Under the pieces are notes generated by a model. That model made no database searches. It was not told the DNA's origin and was given only the letters and a program-made list of their open reading frames with translations. From the NCBI GenBank assembly GCA_965267575.1, contig OZ254086.1, positions 896,001 to 960,000 of the forward strand: a stretch of 64,000 nucleotides of DNA, written 5' to 3'. This document shows positions 37,455-46,145 of this stretch, piece after piece. Numbering within the stretch: position 1 is the first letter of the stretch; each line of letters opens with the position of its first letter. The translations under genes and the position numbers were made by a program. The stretch comes from Calditrichales bacterium (GTDB lineage Bacteria; Calditrichota; Calditrichia; Calditrichales; J004).

Positions 37455-38171
37455 TCAATCCCGCAGCCCCAACTTTTTCTGTGCAACGGGCGCAACCAAA
37501 TCCACCCACTCAGTGTACATTTTGCCCGATGGATGCAGTTGGTCAGGCGCAAGGTAGGATAGATCATTTTCCGCCTTAAGCGAAATATCCCAGATATCCA
37601 CGTAGGCTATCCCGCGTTCGGCACAGAACTGCTTTTGCAGCGCATTAAAGCTTTGCAACTCCCGTCTGATATTTTGCGCTCCACGGGCATCGTTTTGGCC
37701 AAACGGGGTTACACTGTAATCGGGAATGGAAACCACAATGACGGCATTGCTGTCGCTACCCGCAAAGGCAACGGCAGTATCAAGCAAGGCCAGAAAACCT
37801 TCGCGCATAAAATTAATACCCCGGCCCTGATATTGATCGTTTACACCAATCAGCAGCGTCACCAGATCATACGGCGGTTGCAGATCACTGCGCTGTTTTA
37901 TGGCATCCGTAAGCTGGTTTGTGTTCCAGCCCGTACGCGCCACGATGGTGGGATTTTTCACCACGGAATCGCTGGCATTTAAGCGGGCGGCCAGTTGGTT
38001 GGGCCAGCGCTCGGCCTCGCTTACACTTTCACCAATGGTATAGGAATCGCCAAGGGCGAGGATTGTTTTTGTTTCCATTTGGTCTTCCGTTGCTTTTTTA
38101 GGGGCAACATTTTCCGAACAGGCCAGGAAAAGGAGAGCCATTGCCAGGATAGAAAGATTTTTTGTGTTCAT
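37455..38171 (-). CDS. SGNH/GDSL hydrolase lipoprotein
   Basis: Start ATG 38171 (FLAC lipobox); ALGDSYT, IGVND and DQLHPS (canonical DxxH). Confidence 0.9.
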   Translation of the reverse strand: MNTKNLSILAMALLFLACSENVAPKKATEDQMETKTILALGDSYTIGESVSEAERWPNQLAARLNASDSVVKNPTIVARTGWNTNQLTDAIKQRSDLQPPYDLVTLLIGVNDQYQGRGINFMREGFLALLDTAVAFAGSDSNAVIVVSIPDYSVTPFGQNDARGAQNIRRELQSFNALQKQFCAERGIAYVDIWDISLKAENDLSYLAPDQLHPSGKMYTEWVDLVAPVAQKKLGLRD

Positions 38172-38215
38172 TTGTCTGATCCTCGATGTTCGTTTCGTAG
38201 CTTTTCCCGCCTCAA

Positions 38216-38242
38216 TGGATTCCTGCCTGCGCAGGAATGGCA
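38216..38242. repeat. REP-like palindrome, class B copy 2 (inverted)
   Basis: TGGATTCCTGCCTGCGCAGGAATGGCA. Confidence 0.75.
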
Positions 38243-38260
38243 ATTTTTGTCTGTTCAGTC

Positions 38261-39019
38261 TTATGGCATGTCCGGCAGCTGCCAGCTTTGCTTAAAGCGC
38301 AGATAATCTGCCTCGCTAAGCTGCACCAGAACCGGCTGTGTGTCCCTTTTCAGGAATGAGAGCATCTCTTTCATGCGCTTTTCCGGCATGGCTGTGCAGC
38401 CCAGCGTGGCCGTGGCGCTGTCCCGCCAGACGTGCAAAAAAATGCAGGAACCGTCCCCGGCCTTTACCGGATTCATGTTATGCTTTACTACAACACCCCA
38501 CTTGTATTGCACGGGCAACTCGATCATCAACTCCGACGAAGCCCAGTCTTCATTTACACTATCACGATGAACGACCTGGTTGTAGCTGCGTGAGTAGGGA
38601 TCGTCAACACATTCCAGATCTTCCGTGATTTGAACATAGGGATATTGTCCGGGCGGCAAAGAATCGGGCTCGGCAAAGCCGAAGGCCTCGCCCAGCAAAA
38701 AGACGCCGGAGGTGCTTTTTCCATCCCCTTCCACTTTCTGAACGCCATCCGGCGGTATTTCATGCAACCCTTTGCCCCAGGCCAGGCCGGCATGGCCCAA
38801 CACCACATCAAAGCTGCTGGTGACGGCATGCCACTGCTCGTCGGCGTTGGGACGTTCAAACCAGGCCATGCGGGCGTTGTGCGTTGTATCGTTGGCGCTT
38901 ACAACCATTAAAAGCTGTCGCGATTGTTTTGCAACGGGATTAGGTGAACTGTATTCGGAGCAGGCGCTGAATGCCAGCAAAAAAACGATCGCCGCAGAGA
39001 TATATTTTTTAAAAAGCAT
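38261..39019 (-). CDS. L,D-transpeptidase-like (YkuD-fold) lipoprotein
   Basis: FSAC lipobox; KVEGDGKS; GSCIFLHVW...TLGCTAM His/Cys motif. Confidence 0.8.
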   Translation of the reverse strand: MLFKKYISAAIVFLLAFSACSEYSSPNPVAKQSRQLLMVVSANDTTHNARMAWFERPNADEQWHAVTSSFDVVLGHAGLAWGKGLHEIPPDGVQKVEGDGKSTSGVFLLGEAFGFAEPDSLPPGQYPYVQITEDLECVDDPYSRSYNQVVHRDSVNEDWASSELMIELPVQYKWGVVVKHNMNPVKAGDGSCIFLHVWRDSATATLGCTAMPEKRMKEMLSFLKRDTQPVLVQLSEADYLRFKQSWQLPDMP

Positions 39020-39022
39020 AAT

Positions 39023-40657
39023 TTACCTTAGCAGTAAAAGTTTTTGTGTTTGTGTAAGACCGGCGGAGTGCAGACGCAGAAAATAGATGCCGGAAGACCA
39101 GTTTGCCGCGTTTATACGGATGGTATGGCCGCCCGCGTTAAAACTTCCCGAAGCCACGCGCGAAATGTGCCGGCCGCGGCTGTCGTAAACGTCCAGCTCC
39201 ACGGTTGCCGGCCGGTCAAGCTGCAGGCGCACGGAGGTTTGCGGATTGAACGGATTGGGATAGGCAGCGTGCATGGTCAGCGATTGCGGCTGCTGCGGAT
39301 TTCCCCCGGGAAGCGCCGTCACATCCGTGGTATCATAGCTGACAAAGCGGATGGCATCGGCAACGATGTAGGTGTTGGTAAAAGCGTAATCGGAAATAAG
39401 GACTTTGTCCGTACTGTCTCCGCTGAAAACATATTCGCCTATTTTAACCCACTGTAGCCCGTTTGTGGTCTGGTCTACGCGCACCGTATCCACACCGTCA
39501 CGGTGAAAGACAATAAAGGGCGTATCTTCACAACGGTTAAAGGAATTGACCCACCAGCCGTACAGTTCATAACGCGCCTCCGCGGGCAGGCCGGGGCTGA
39601 ACTCAGCGTAGTCGCTGCCGTCACCTTTGGGGTTGATCTGCGAAGGCGTATCGCCCCAGTAGCCGGCGTTGGCCGAAGCGAACCAGCCATCCCCGACCAG
39701 CTGGCAGGCCTCATCACCGGTATCAATTATCTTTTCTACCTGCGGCTCTTTGGGCAAACCCAGTGAATCACGGTGCGTTACGGCAAGGATCGTTGGTACG
39801 GCGCGCTGTTCGGAGGGGTTGTTGACATAGCTGTCGCCTATTGCCATTTGCGTGGAGCCGCCGCCATCCAGGTTAATGGCATCGCTGCAACCCAGATCGA
39901 TCATGACCTGCGCCAGCTCGGTCAGGCTCAGCCCTTCGCTGGCTGTCTGCCGTCCGTCGGCCACCAGCATAATAATTGTGGAATCGCCAAAGCCCACCGC
40001 CGTGCGCGGGTCGCGGTTGCTCAACCCGACGCCGGAACCCCACATGATCTCTTCATCATACGTGACGTTAACCTGCCCGTCCTTAACCAGCATCGGCCCG
40101 CCACCAATGGCCAGAAGCACTTCATCGTAAAGTGTGCCCTCGCTTTTTTGTGGCGCCGGCAACGGGTCGGGATCATTGTTGCTGTAAGGCATCGGCGCGT
40201 CAAAGGTATATACCCCCTGCAATGTCTGGTCAAAATGGTAAACCCAGTCGGCGCGGAAATTAAAGCTGCTGTCCATCGAGAACATAGCCCGGCGCACGGG
40301 ATACGACTTGCCGTTGCGCGTAAGGGACTGCACGTTTACCGCCTTTACCTCGCCGGGATAAATAATTGTTGAGTAGGAGGTGTTGCCGCCAAAAAAGCCT
40401 CCGTTTACCGCGGCATAGGCACCAAATTTTGCGGTTTGATCGTTTACCTGGTCAGCCGCCCCGATATAGGGCCGCACGGCGAGTTTATCGTTAAAGCGGT
40501 CCAGCTCCAGATACCATGCCTGCAGGTCGGGCGACGTGCGTGTTCCTTTAAACAGCCTCACCCCTTCGGGCAGGTCGGCGTCTTGCTCGGTCCAGGTTAT
40601 TTCCTGCGCGGAAAGGGGAATAACCAGCAGCATCAATATTATTATCAGCCGACGCAT
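39023..40657 (-). CDS. Phosphodiester glycosidase (NAGPA-like) with golvesin-like module and T9SS CTD
   Basis: AAVNGGFF, GGPML, DPRTAVG, DGRQ and AINLDGGGS; IVADAIRF module; YPNPFN...QKLLLLR; ATG 40657 with AAGGAG RBS. Confidence 0.85.
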   Translation of the reverse strand: MRRLIIILMLLVIPLSAQEITWTEQDADLPEGVRLFKGTRTSPDLQAWYLELDRFNDKLAVRPYIGAADQVNDQTAKFGAYAAVNGGFFGGNTSYSTIIYPGEVKAVNVQSLTRNGKSYPVRRAMFSMDSSFNFRADWVYHFDQTLQGVYTFDAPMPYSNNDPDPLPAPQKSEGTLYDEVLLAIGGGPMLVKDGQVNVTYDEEIMWGSGVGLSNRDPRTAVGFGDSTIIMLVADGRQTASEGLSLTELAQVMIDLGCSDAINLDGGGSTQMAIGDSYVNNPSEQRAVPTILAVTHRDSLGLPKEPQVEKIIDTGDEACQLVGDGWFASANAGYWGDTPSQINPKGDGSDYAEFSPGLPAEARYELYGWWVNSFNRCEDTPFIVFHRDGVDTVRVDQTTNGLQWVKIGEYVFSGDSTDKVLISDYAFTNTYIVADAIRFVSYDTTDVTALPGGNPQQPQSLTMHAAYPNPFNPQTSVRLQLDRPATVELDVYDSRGRHISRVASGSFNAGGHTIRINAANWSSGIYFLRLHSAGLTQTQKLLLLR

Positions 40658-40797
40658 ATACACTCCTTGGTCTGTTGTCTGTTTGTTAATTTGCTAAACC
40701 AACCTCATTTTTTCCAGCATAGCAAACAAATAAATTTGTACATTCAAAGTCCTGTTATTTAATTTCGGCTCTTGTAAACATAAAACACGAAAGAAAT

Positions 40798-41166
40798 ATG
40801 CATCGATCCACTCTATTTTTTGTTGTTTGTCTTGCCCTCACCGCGGTTATCGTTGTCGGCTACAGCGTATACACCGATCCCTTTGAACGTGCCAGTCAGC
40901 CCGCTTCAAATGCGGCACACAGTGCCACACAGGGCGACGCCACCCATGATTTTTCAGACATTATCCCGGTGTATTCGCAAAACTGCGCGCGTTGCCATGG
41001 CGTTACCGGCCAGGGCCAGCCCGGTATTCCGCCTTTGAAAGGCACCAACCTGAGCGATCAGGAGATGACAATGCTGATTCGCAACGGCAAAGGTGAAATG
41101 CCCGGGTTTCCTCAGCTCAGCGATGAACAAATCGCCAGACTTATCTCTCTTATTCGCCATCTGTAA
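40798..41166 (+). CDS. Membrane-anchored class I cytochrome c
   Basis: N-terminal TM; CARCH; distal GEMPGF. Confidence 0.88.
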   Translation: MHRSTLFFVVCLALTAVIVVGYSVYTDPFERASQPASNAAHSATQGDATHDFSDIIPVYSQNCARCHGVTGQGQPGIPPLKGTNLSDQEMTMLIRNGKGEMPGFPQLSDEQIARLISLIRHL

Positions 41167-41325
41167 GTCCCGGAGTTATGTATAAAAACCGCCGCAAACG
41201 TCAAGTAAATCAGCCAAATGACGATATATCGCCTACCAATTTTGTTTGCTCAATATCCGCAATGTGCGGGTACGATATAATAATCTATAATATCACCAGC
41301 CAGGAAAGGTTTAGACCAGGTTATC

Positions 41326-42171
41326 ATGTTGCGTAAAACGATTCGTCTCAGGAATCCGCACGGTGAAGAGATGCATGTGGACATCAAACACCGCGAAGAT
41401 GTAAAGGATACGCCCGCTATTATTATACTTCATGGTTTTAAAGGTTTTAAGGATTGGGGATTTTTCCCGGAGGTTGGCGAGCGCCTGGCCGAGGCCGGCT
41501 ATGTGGCCGTTACCCCAAACTTCTCCCGCAACGGCATTGGTTTTGATATTAGCAAGTTTGATCGTCTTGACCTGTTTGCCAAAAATACGATCAGCCACGA
41601 GCTGCAAGACGTTAGAACGGTATTGGACGCCATCAAGGACGGAACGATCGCCCGAAAGGTCGCGGACATAAATCGAATCGGCCTGCTGGGACACAGCCGC
41701 GGTGGTGGTACGGCGCTTCTGGCCGCCCGCGAATGGTCCAACGAGATTGAGTGCCTGGTAACCTGGGCGTCGGTAAGCAGCTTTTTTCGGTTCAGCGATG
41801 AACAAATCGAACAATGGAAAAAGAAGGGCGTGGTTGAGATTGAAAATGCCCGCACCGGTCAGATGATGCCAATAGAAAAAAGCTTTTGGGAAGACCTGGA
41901 GAAAAACAAAAAGAAATTTGACCTTCACGCCGCGGCAGAAGAGCTAGAGATGCCGGCGTTATTCGTTCATGGCGACCAGGACACTTCCGTTTCCCCGGCG
42001 GAAAGTGAACAGCTGCATGAAAAATGCGGATCGTATGTTAAGCGCCTGGAGATCATTGAGGAAGCCGACCATACGTTTGGCATAAAGCATCCCATGGAAC
42101 GCACCTCGGTGCAGTTTGACAACCTGACCAGTATCACCGAAAACTGGTACGACAACTATCTGAATATTTAA
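41326..42171 (+). CDS. Alpha/beta-fold hydrolase
   Basis: HGFKGFKDWG, GHSRGG, HGDQD and DHTF. Confidence 0.88.
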   Translation: MLRKTIRLRNPHGEEMHVDIKHREDVKDTPAIIILHGFKGFKDWGFFPEVGERLAEAGYVAVTPNFSRNGIGFDISKFDRLDLFAKNTISHELQDVRTVLDAIKDGTIARKVADINRIGLLGHSRGGGTALLAAREWSNEIECLVTWASVSSFFRFSDEQIEQWKKKGVVEIENARTGQMMPIEKSFWEDLEKNKKKFDLHAAAEELEMPALFVHGDQDTSVSPAESEQLHEKCGSYVKRLEIIEEADHTFGIKHPMERTSVQFDNLTSITENWYDNYLNI

Positions 42172-42188
42172 AACAGAGAAGCAATTCT

Positions 42189-43037
42189 ATGCAGATCGGA
42201 CCTTACCAAATCAGTACCATCGAAACAGGATATGTAAGCCTGGACGGAGGCGCCATGTTCGGTGTGGTGCCCAAGCCGTTGTGGAGCAAAAGCAATCCCG
42301 CCGATGACAAAAACCGTATCATCCTGGCCATGCGTTCGCTTGTTATCCGCTGGAACGACCGGGTGATGATCACCGATACCGGCGTTGGCAAAAAGATGAA
42401 CGAAAAACTGAGCATGATCTACAACGTTGACCACGAAAAATACGATCTGCCCGGCAGCCTGGAAAAAGCCGGTCTGAAATCTGAAGAGGTCAGCGATGTG
42501 TTTTTGACGCACCTGCACTTTGATCATACGGGCGGCACCACCTGGCTGGATGAAAACGACGCGTTGCAACTCACTTTTCCAAACGCGACACACCATATCC
42601 AGAAGGAACACTGGCAATGGGCCAATAATCCCAGCGTGCGCGATGGCGCCAGTTTTATGAAGGAAAACTTTGTCCCGGTTAAGGAGCATGGAAAGCTTAA
42701 CCTGATTGACGGACCGGGGACTTTTGAGCCGGGCATGGAGATATTTGTCTTGCAGGGACACACACCTTCCATGCAGACACTGAAAATCAGCGATGGTAAA
42801 AAAACGCTGTTTTACTGTGCCGACTTAATGCCCACGGCTACACACATTCCGCTGCCCTACATTATGGGCTATGACCTGCAACCGATGAGTACCCTGGAAG
42901 AGAAGAAAAATGTTCTGCCACAGGCAGTGGATGAAGAGTGGCTGCTCGTTTTTGAGCACGATCCTTATCATGTAGCAGGGAAAGTAGAAAAAACGGAAAA
43001 GGGCTATTCTCTGGGCGAAGAGATAAAAGAGATCTGA
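42189..43037 (+). CDS. MBL-fold metallo-hydrolase (YtnP-like)
   Basis: LDGGAMFGVVPK, THLHFDHTGG, GHT and FEHDP. Confidence 0.9.
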   Translation: MQIGPYQISTIETGYVSLDGGAMFGVVPKPLWSKSNPADDKNRIILAMRSLVIRWNDRVMITDTGVGKKMNEKLSMIYNVDHEKYDLPGSLEKAGLKSEEVSDVFLTHLHFDHTGGTTWLDENDALQLTFPNATHHIQKEHWQWANNPSVRDGASFMKENFVPVKEHGKLNLIDGPGTFEPGMEIFVLQGHTPSMQTLKISDGKKTLFYCADLMPTATHIPLPYIMGYDLQPMSTLEEKKNVLPQAVDEEWLLVFEHDPYHVAGKVEKTEKGYSLGEEIKEI

Positions 43038-44251
43038 TCCGGGCCGTTTTGCTCCTCATCATCGTCGTCATTTGCGGCCAGCGGCAGATCGCTTTTGCTG
43101 CGGATTGAGTCGATTTGCTGTAAAGGCTTTTCAAGTTTGTTGCTGCGGGTTGTCATCAGCCGGTTAAATTCTTTCTGCGCTTCATCGATGCGCCGGCCCA
43201 TCCTGTCCATACCCTCCTTGTACAATCCCCACTGCTTATTAAATTCCGCCAGCAGGTTCATGATCTGCGCCGCAGTCTTTTCCAGGTTGAAATTCTCCAC
43301 CGCCTGGCGGATAATAGCGAGAACAGCATAAAGCGTCAGCGGCGAGCAGAGTATCACTTTCATGCGCATTGCTTCATCCAGCAGGTCGCGGTCGCTCTCA
43401 TTGATAAAGGCATAAACCTGTTCATTGGGGATAAATACCAGCACATAGTCCACAGTATTGTCGGCCGGATTGATGTAATCACGCGAGGTAACCTCTTTGA
43501 CCCGCTGGCGCACATCGCGCAGAAACTGTCCCTTGTAACTTTGGCGTTCACTGTCCGATCCTGCGGAGAGATACTGCAGATAGTTGTTCAGCGGAAACTT
43601 TACGTCCATGTTAACTTTCATATCCTGCGGTAATAAAAAGGTGAAGTCGGGACGCGTGGTGGCGCTTTGTGCGCTTTTCTGCTTGAGGTAGTTGATCCCT
43701 TCGACAAAGCCGGCCATGCGCAGGACGTCTTCGGCCATGCGTTCGCCCCATTGGCCGCGAGCACGGGAGTTGCTCAACGCGCTGTTCAGTTTTTGCGCTG
43801 TTTCCTGCAGCTTGCGCGTCTGGTCCACCGAATTTTTCAGTTGCTCGCTTAATTGACCGTAGCTCTGGCGCCGTTCACGTTCAATCCGGCCCATCAGCTC
43901 TTCAACCTTGTTTAGTTCGCCTTTCATCGAATTCAGCGTCTGATCGATCAGCTGCTTTTTATTGGCCAGATTATCTTCGCTGCGCCGCGACTGCTCTAAA
44001 AATTTCTGGTTGGCCAGTTTTAAAAACTCATCCGTGGATTTGCTCAGCGCCTGCATCGACAGGTTGCCGAACGATTCGCGCAATTGGCCGACAAGCTTTT
44101 CCAGCTCCTGCACTTTTTCAAACTGAGACTGGCGGTTCAGCTCACGGGCCAGATCTTCGGCGGATTTTTGCTGACGCAGCATGAACACATAGATCAGGCT
44201 GGCACCAATAATAAAGCCGGAGACAAATAAAACGATCTCCAAAAAAGGCAT
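43004..44251 (-). CDS. rmuC: DNA recombination protein RmuC
   Basis: N-terminal TM and coiled coil; RGQWGE, RPD, DVKFP and YVLVFIPNE. Confidence 0.9.
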   Translation of the reverse strand: MPFLEIVLFVSGFIIGASLIYVFMLRQQKSAEDLARELNRQSQFEKVQELEKLVGQLRESFGNLSMQALSKSTDEFLKLANQKFLEQSRRSEDNLANKKQLIDQTLNSMKGELNKVEELMGRIERERRQSYGQLSEQLKNSVDQTRKLQETAQKLNSALSNSRARGQWGERMAEDVLRMAGFVEGINYLKQKSAQSATTRPDFTFLLPQDMKVNMDVKFPLNNYLQYLSAGSDSERQSYKGQFLRDVRQRVKEVTSRDYINPADNTVDYVLVFIPNEQVYAFINESDRDLLDEAMRMKVILCSPLTLYAVLAIIRQAVENFNLEKTAAQIMNLLAEFNKQWGLYKEGMDRMGRRIDEAQKEFNRLMTTRSNKLEKPLQQIDSIRSKSDLPLAANDDDDEEQNGPDQISFISSPRE

Positions 44252-44304
44252 TAAATACTCCTTGATGTGACGGGGAATAAAGTAAGCTTAAAATAACTGC
44301 GAGG

Positions 44305-45546
44305 CTAATCTTCGTCGGGATAGCGCTGCTGTATCGATCTTATAACATCAATGATGTCCATAAAAACCTCCACCAGCTCAGGGTCAAACTGGCTGCCGGC
44401 GCCTTCCTCAATTGCCTCCAGGACTTTGGATTCATCCCAGGCTTCTTTGTAAACGCGCTTTGAGGAGAGCGCGTCATAAACGTCGGCCAACGCAACGATG
44501 CGGCCAAACAGGGGAATCTCGTCGCCTTTCTTTCCCAAAGGCCGGCCTTCTTCACCCTCATGGCCATCCAGCGCGTCACCCGTGGCCAGGTCCACATGCC
44601 CGGGATAGCCCTTTCCGTCCCAGCGCTCATGATGGTTCAGCGCCACCTCTTCGGCAATCTCGTCAAACTCCGAGCGTGCGCCCTTAAAAAGCCGCGCGCC
44701 AAGAACGGTATGCTGCTTCATTTTTTCATATTCGTCATCCGTGAACTTGCCGGGCTTTTTAAGAATCAGATCGGAGATGGCCACTTTGCCCACGTCGTGC
44801 AACATGGCGGCCATACGTAAGGCGTCACGCTGGGAGTCGATTTCTTCTTTGGGGATGCCTTTGCGCTTGGCGTAAGCTTCGTATATCTCCAGTGCATACG
44901 CAGCCACGCGGTTTACGTGGGCGCCTGTCTCCTTGGGATCGCGCAGCTCGGCCATGCTTATCATGCGCATGATTGTGGTACGGGTCAGTTGCGCCCGTTC
45001 TATAGCATTGGCCGCGTAATTGGCAAAGTGCTGGATCAGCGGTTCGTCATCTTCGCTGAAGGGGATGATATTGCCGTTGTCATCCTGGGCGTTAATTAGC
45101 TGAAGAACACCTATGATTTGTCCGCGGGTATTTTTTAGAGGCACTGCCAGCATCGATTGCGTGTGATAGCCGCTGAGCTTGTCAAAACTGCCGTCAAAGG
45201 AAAAGGGCAGCGCCGAGGAGATCTTGTAGGCATCAGGGATGTTTACGGTGGAGCCGTTTTTGGCCACAAAGCCGGCAATTGACTTATTGCTGATCGGCAT
45301 GGAAAAAGTTGTATAGATCAGCTTTTTGTTGGGTCCCAGCTTGGCGCGCAGGGTTTCGTTTTGAGAATAGCTAAACTTAAGTTTATTGTCCTCGCGGATG
45401 TAAATAGAGCCGGCGTCCGCATTGGCCAGCTCACGGGCATCGCTGAGAATTTTCTCCAAAAGGACGTCGAGGTCACCAACCTGGTTGACTTCCAGCCCCA
45501 GTTGAATAAGCTTTGATAGTTTCTGCTTGCGATCCAATACGTGCAT
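44305..45546 (-). CDS. GAF plus HD-GYP cyclic-dinucleotide phosphodiesterase
   Basis: GAF domain; ETGAHVNRV, LHDVGK, HHERWDGKGYP, ADVYDAL and GSQFDP. Confidence 0.92.
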   Translation of the reverse strand: MHVLDRKQKLSKLIQLGLEVNQVGDLDVLLEKILSDARELANADAGSIYIREDNKLKFSYSQNETLRAKLGPNKKLIYTTFSMPISNKSIAGFVAKNGSTVNIPDAYKISSALPFSFDGSFDKLSGYHTQSMLAVPLKNTRGQIIGVLQLINAQDDNGNIIPFSEDDEPLIQHFANYAANAIERAQLTRTTIMRMISMAELRDPKETGAHVNRVAAYALEIYEAYAKRKGIPKEEIDSQRDALRMAAMLHDVGKVAISDLILKKPGKFTDDEYEKMKQHTVLGARLFKGARSEFDEIAEEVALNHHERWDGKGYPGHVDLATGDALDGHEGEEGRPLGKKGDEIPLFGRIVALADVYDALSSKRVYKEAWDESKVLEAIEEGAGSQFDPELVEVFMDIIDVIRSIQQRYPDED

Positions 45547-45635
45547 TGGTGCCGTCCTTGTTTTCCCACAGAAGTCATCGGATAGATAAAAAAATATATA
45601 AAAAGTATAGCTAAAAAATATGATGCAATAAACAG

Positions 45636-45664
45636 TTGACAGAAAAAAAACGCCTCAGTATATT
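45636..45664 (+). promoter_or_regulatory. Sigma70 promoter of tRNA-Asp
   Basis: TTGACA (45636-45641), 17-nt spacer, TATATT (45659-45664). Confidence 0.8.
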
Positions 45665-45694
45665 AGGTGCTCGCTTACGGAAATTTATAGAATT

Positions 45695-45768
45695 GGTCCG
45701 GTAGTTCAATTGGTTAGAGCACCTGCCTGTCACGCAGGAAGTTGCGAGTTCGAGTCTCGTCCGGACCG
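45695..45768 (+). tRNA. tRNA-Asp (GTC), CCA not encoded
   Basis: Acceptor stem GGTCCGG/CCGGACC; D-arm TAGTTCAATTGGTTAGAGC; anticodon arm CCTGC-CTGTCAC-GCAGG; T-arm GCGAG-TTCGAGT-CTCGT. Confidence 0.97.
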
Positions 45769-45778
45769 CTCTAATTTT

Positions 45779-45810
45779 AAGGGAGTCTGATTCAGGCTCC
45801 CTTTTTTATT
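45779..45810 (+). terminator. Intrinsic terminator after tRNA-Asp
   Basis: AAGGGAGTCTGA-T-TCAGGCTCCCTT followed by TTTT. Confidence 0.85.
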
Positions 45811-45877
45811 TCTGCCACCCGGCAATTGGTCAGAGCATCCCGACCCGTCGGGAAAGTGGCCAGGTCGAGTCTAGTCT
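45780..45877 (+). repeat. Left direct repeat: tRNA terminator plus degenerate tRNA-Asp-like sequence
   Basis: Homologous to 52986-53072 (AGGGAGTCT..AGGCTCCCTTTTTTATTTCTGC..TCCCG..GGAAAGTGGC..TCG). Confidence 0.8.
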
Positions 45878-46145
45878 ATTAAACCCAGTAAAACACCCAA
45901 AAGCCTTAGTGACCTGCGTAAAAAATCATGAAAAATCATAATCGCAAATTCTGCAGAAATTTTGGCTGATTCGGTTAATTATCCACCGTCCTAAAATCGG
46001 GAAAACGACATCTTTTCACAGGTTTAAAACACTGATTTTCGATTTTGCGGCAAAACGTTATATATTGCTGCTTATTCCACCTACTCAAAACAACGCTTAT
46101 TACAATTATCTTGATGACTAATAATAAGACGGAGGTTTTGTCAAA

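Noticed and set aside
45960-46085. DnaA-box-like words (TTATCCACC, TTTTCACA)
   Set aside because: All are mismatched and lie in AT-rich DNA; compatible with chance.
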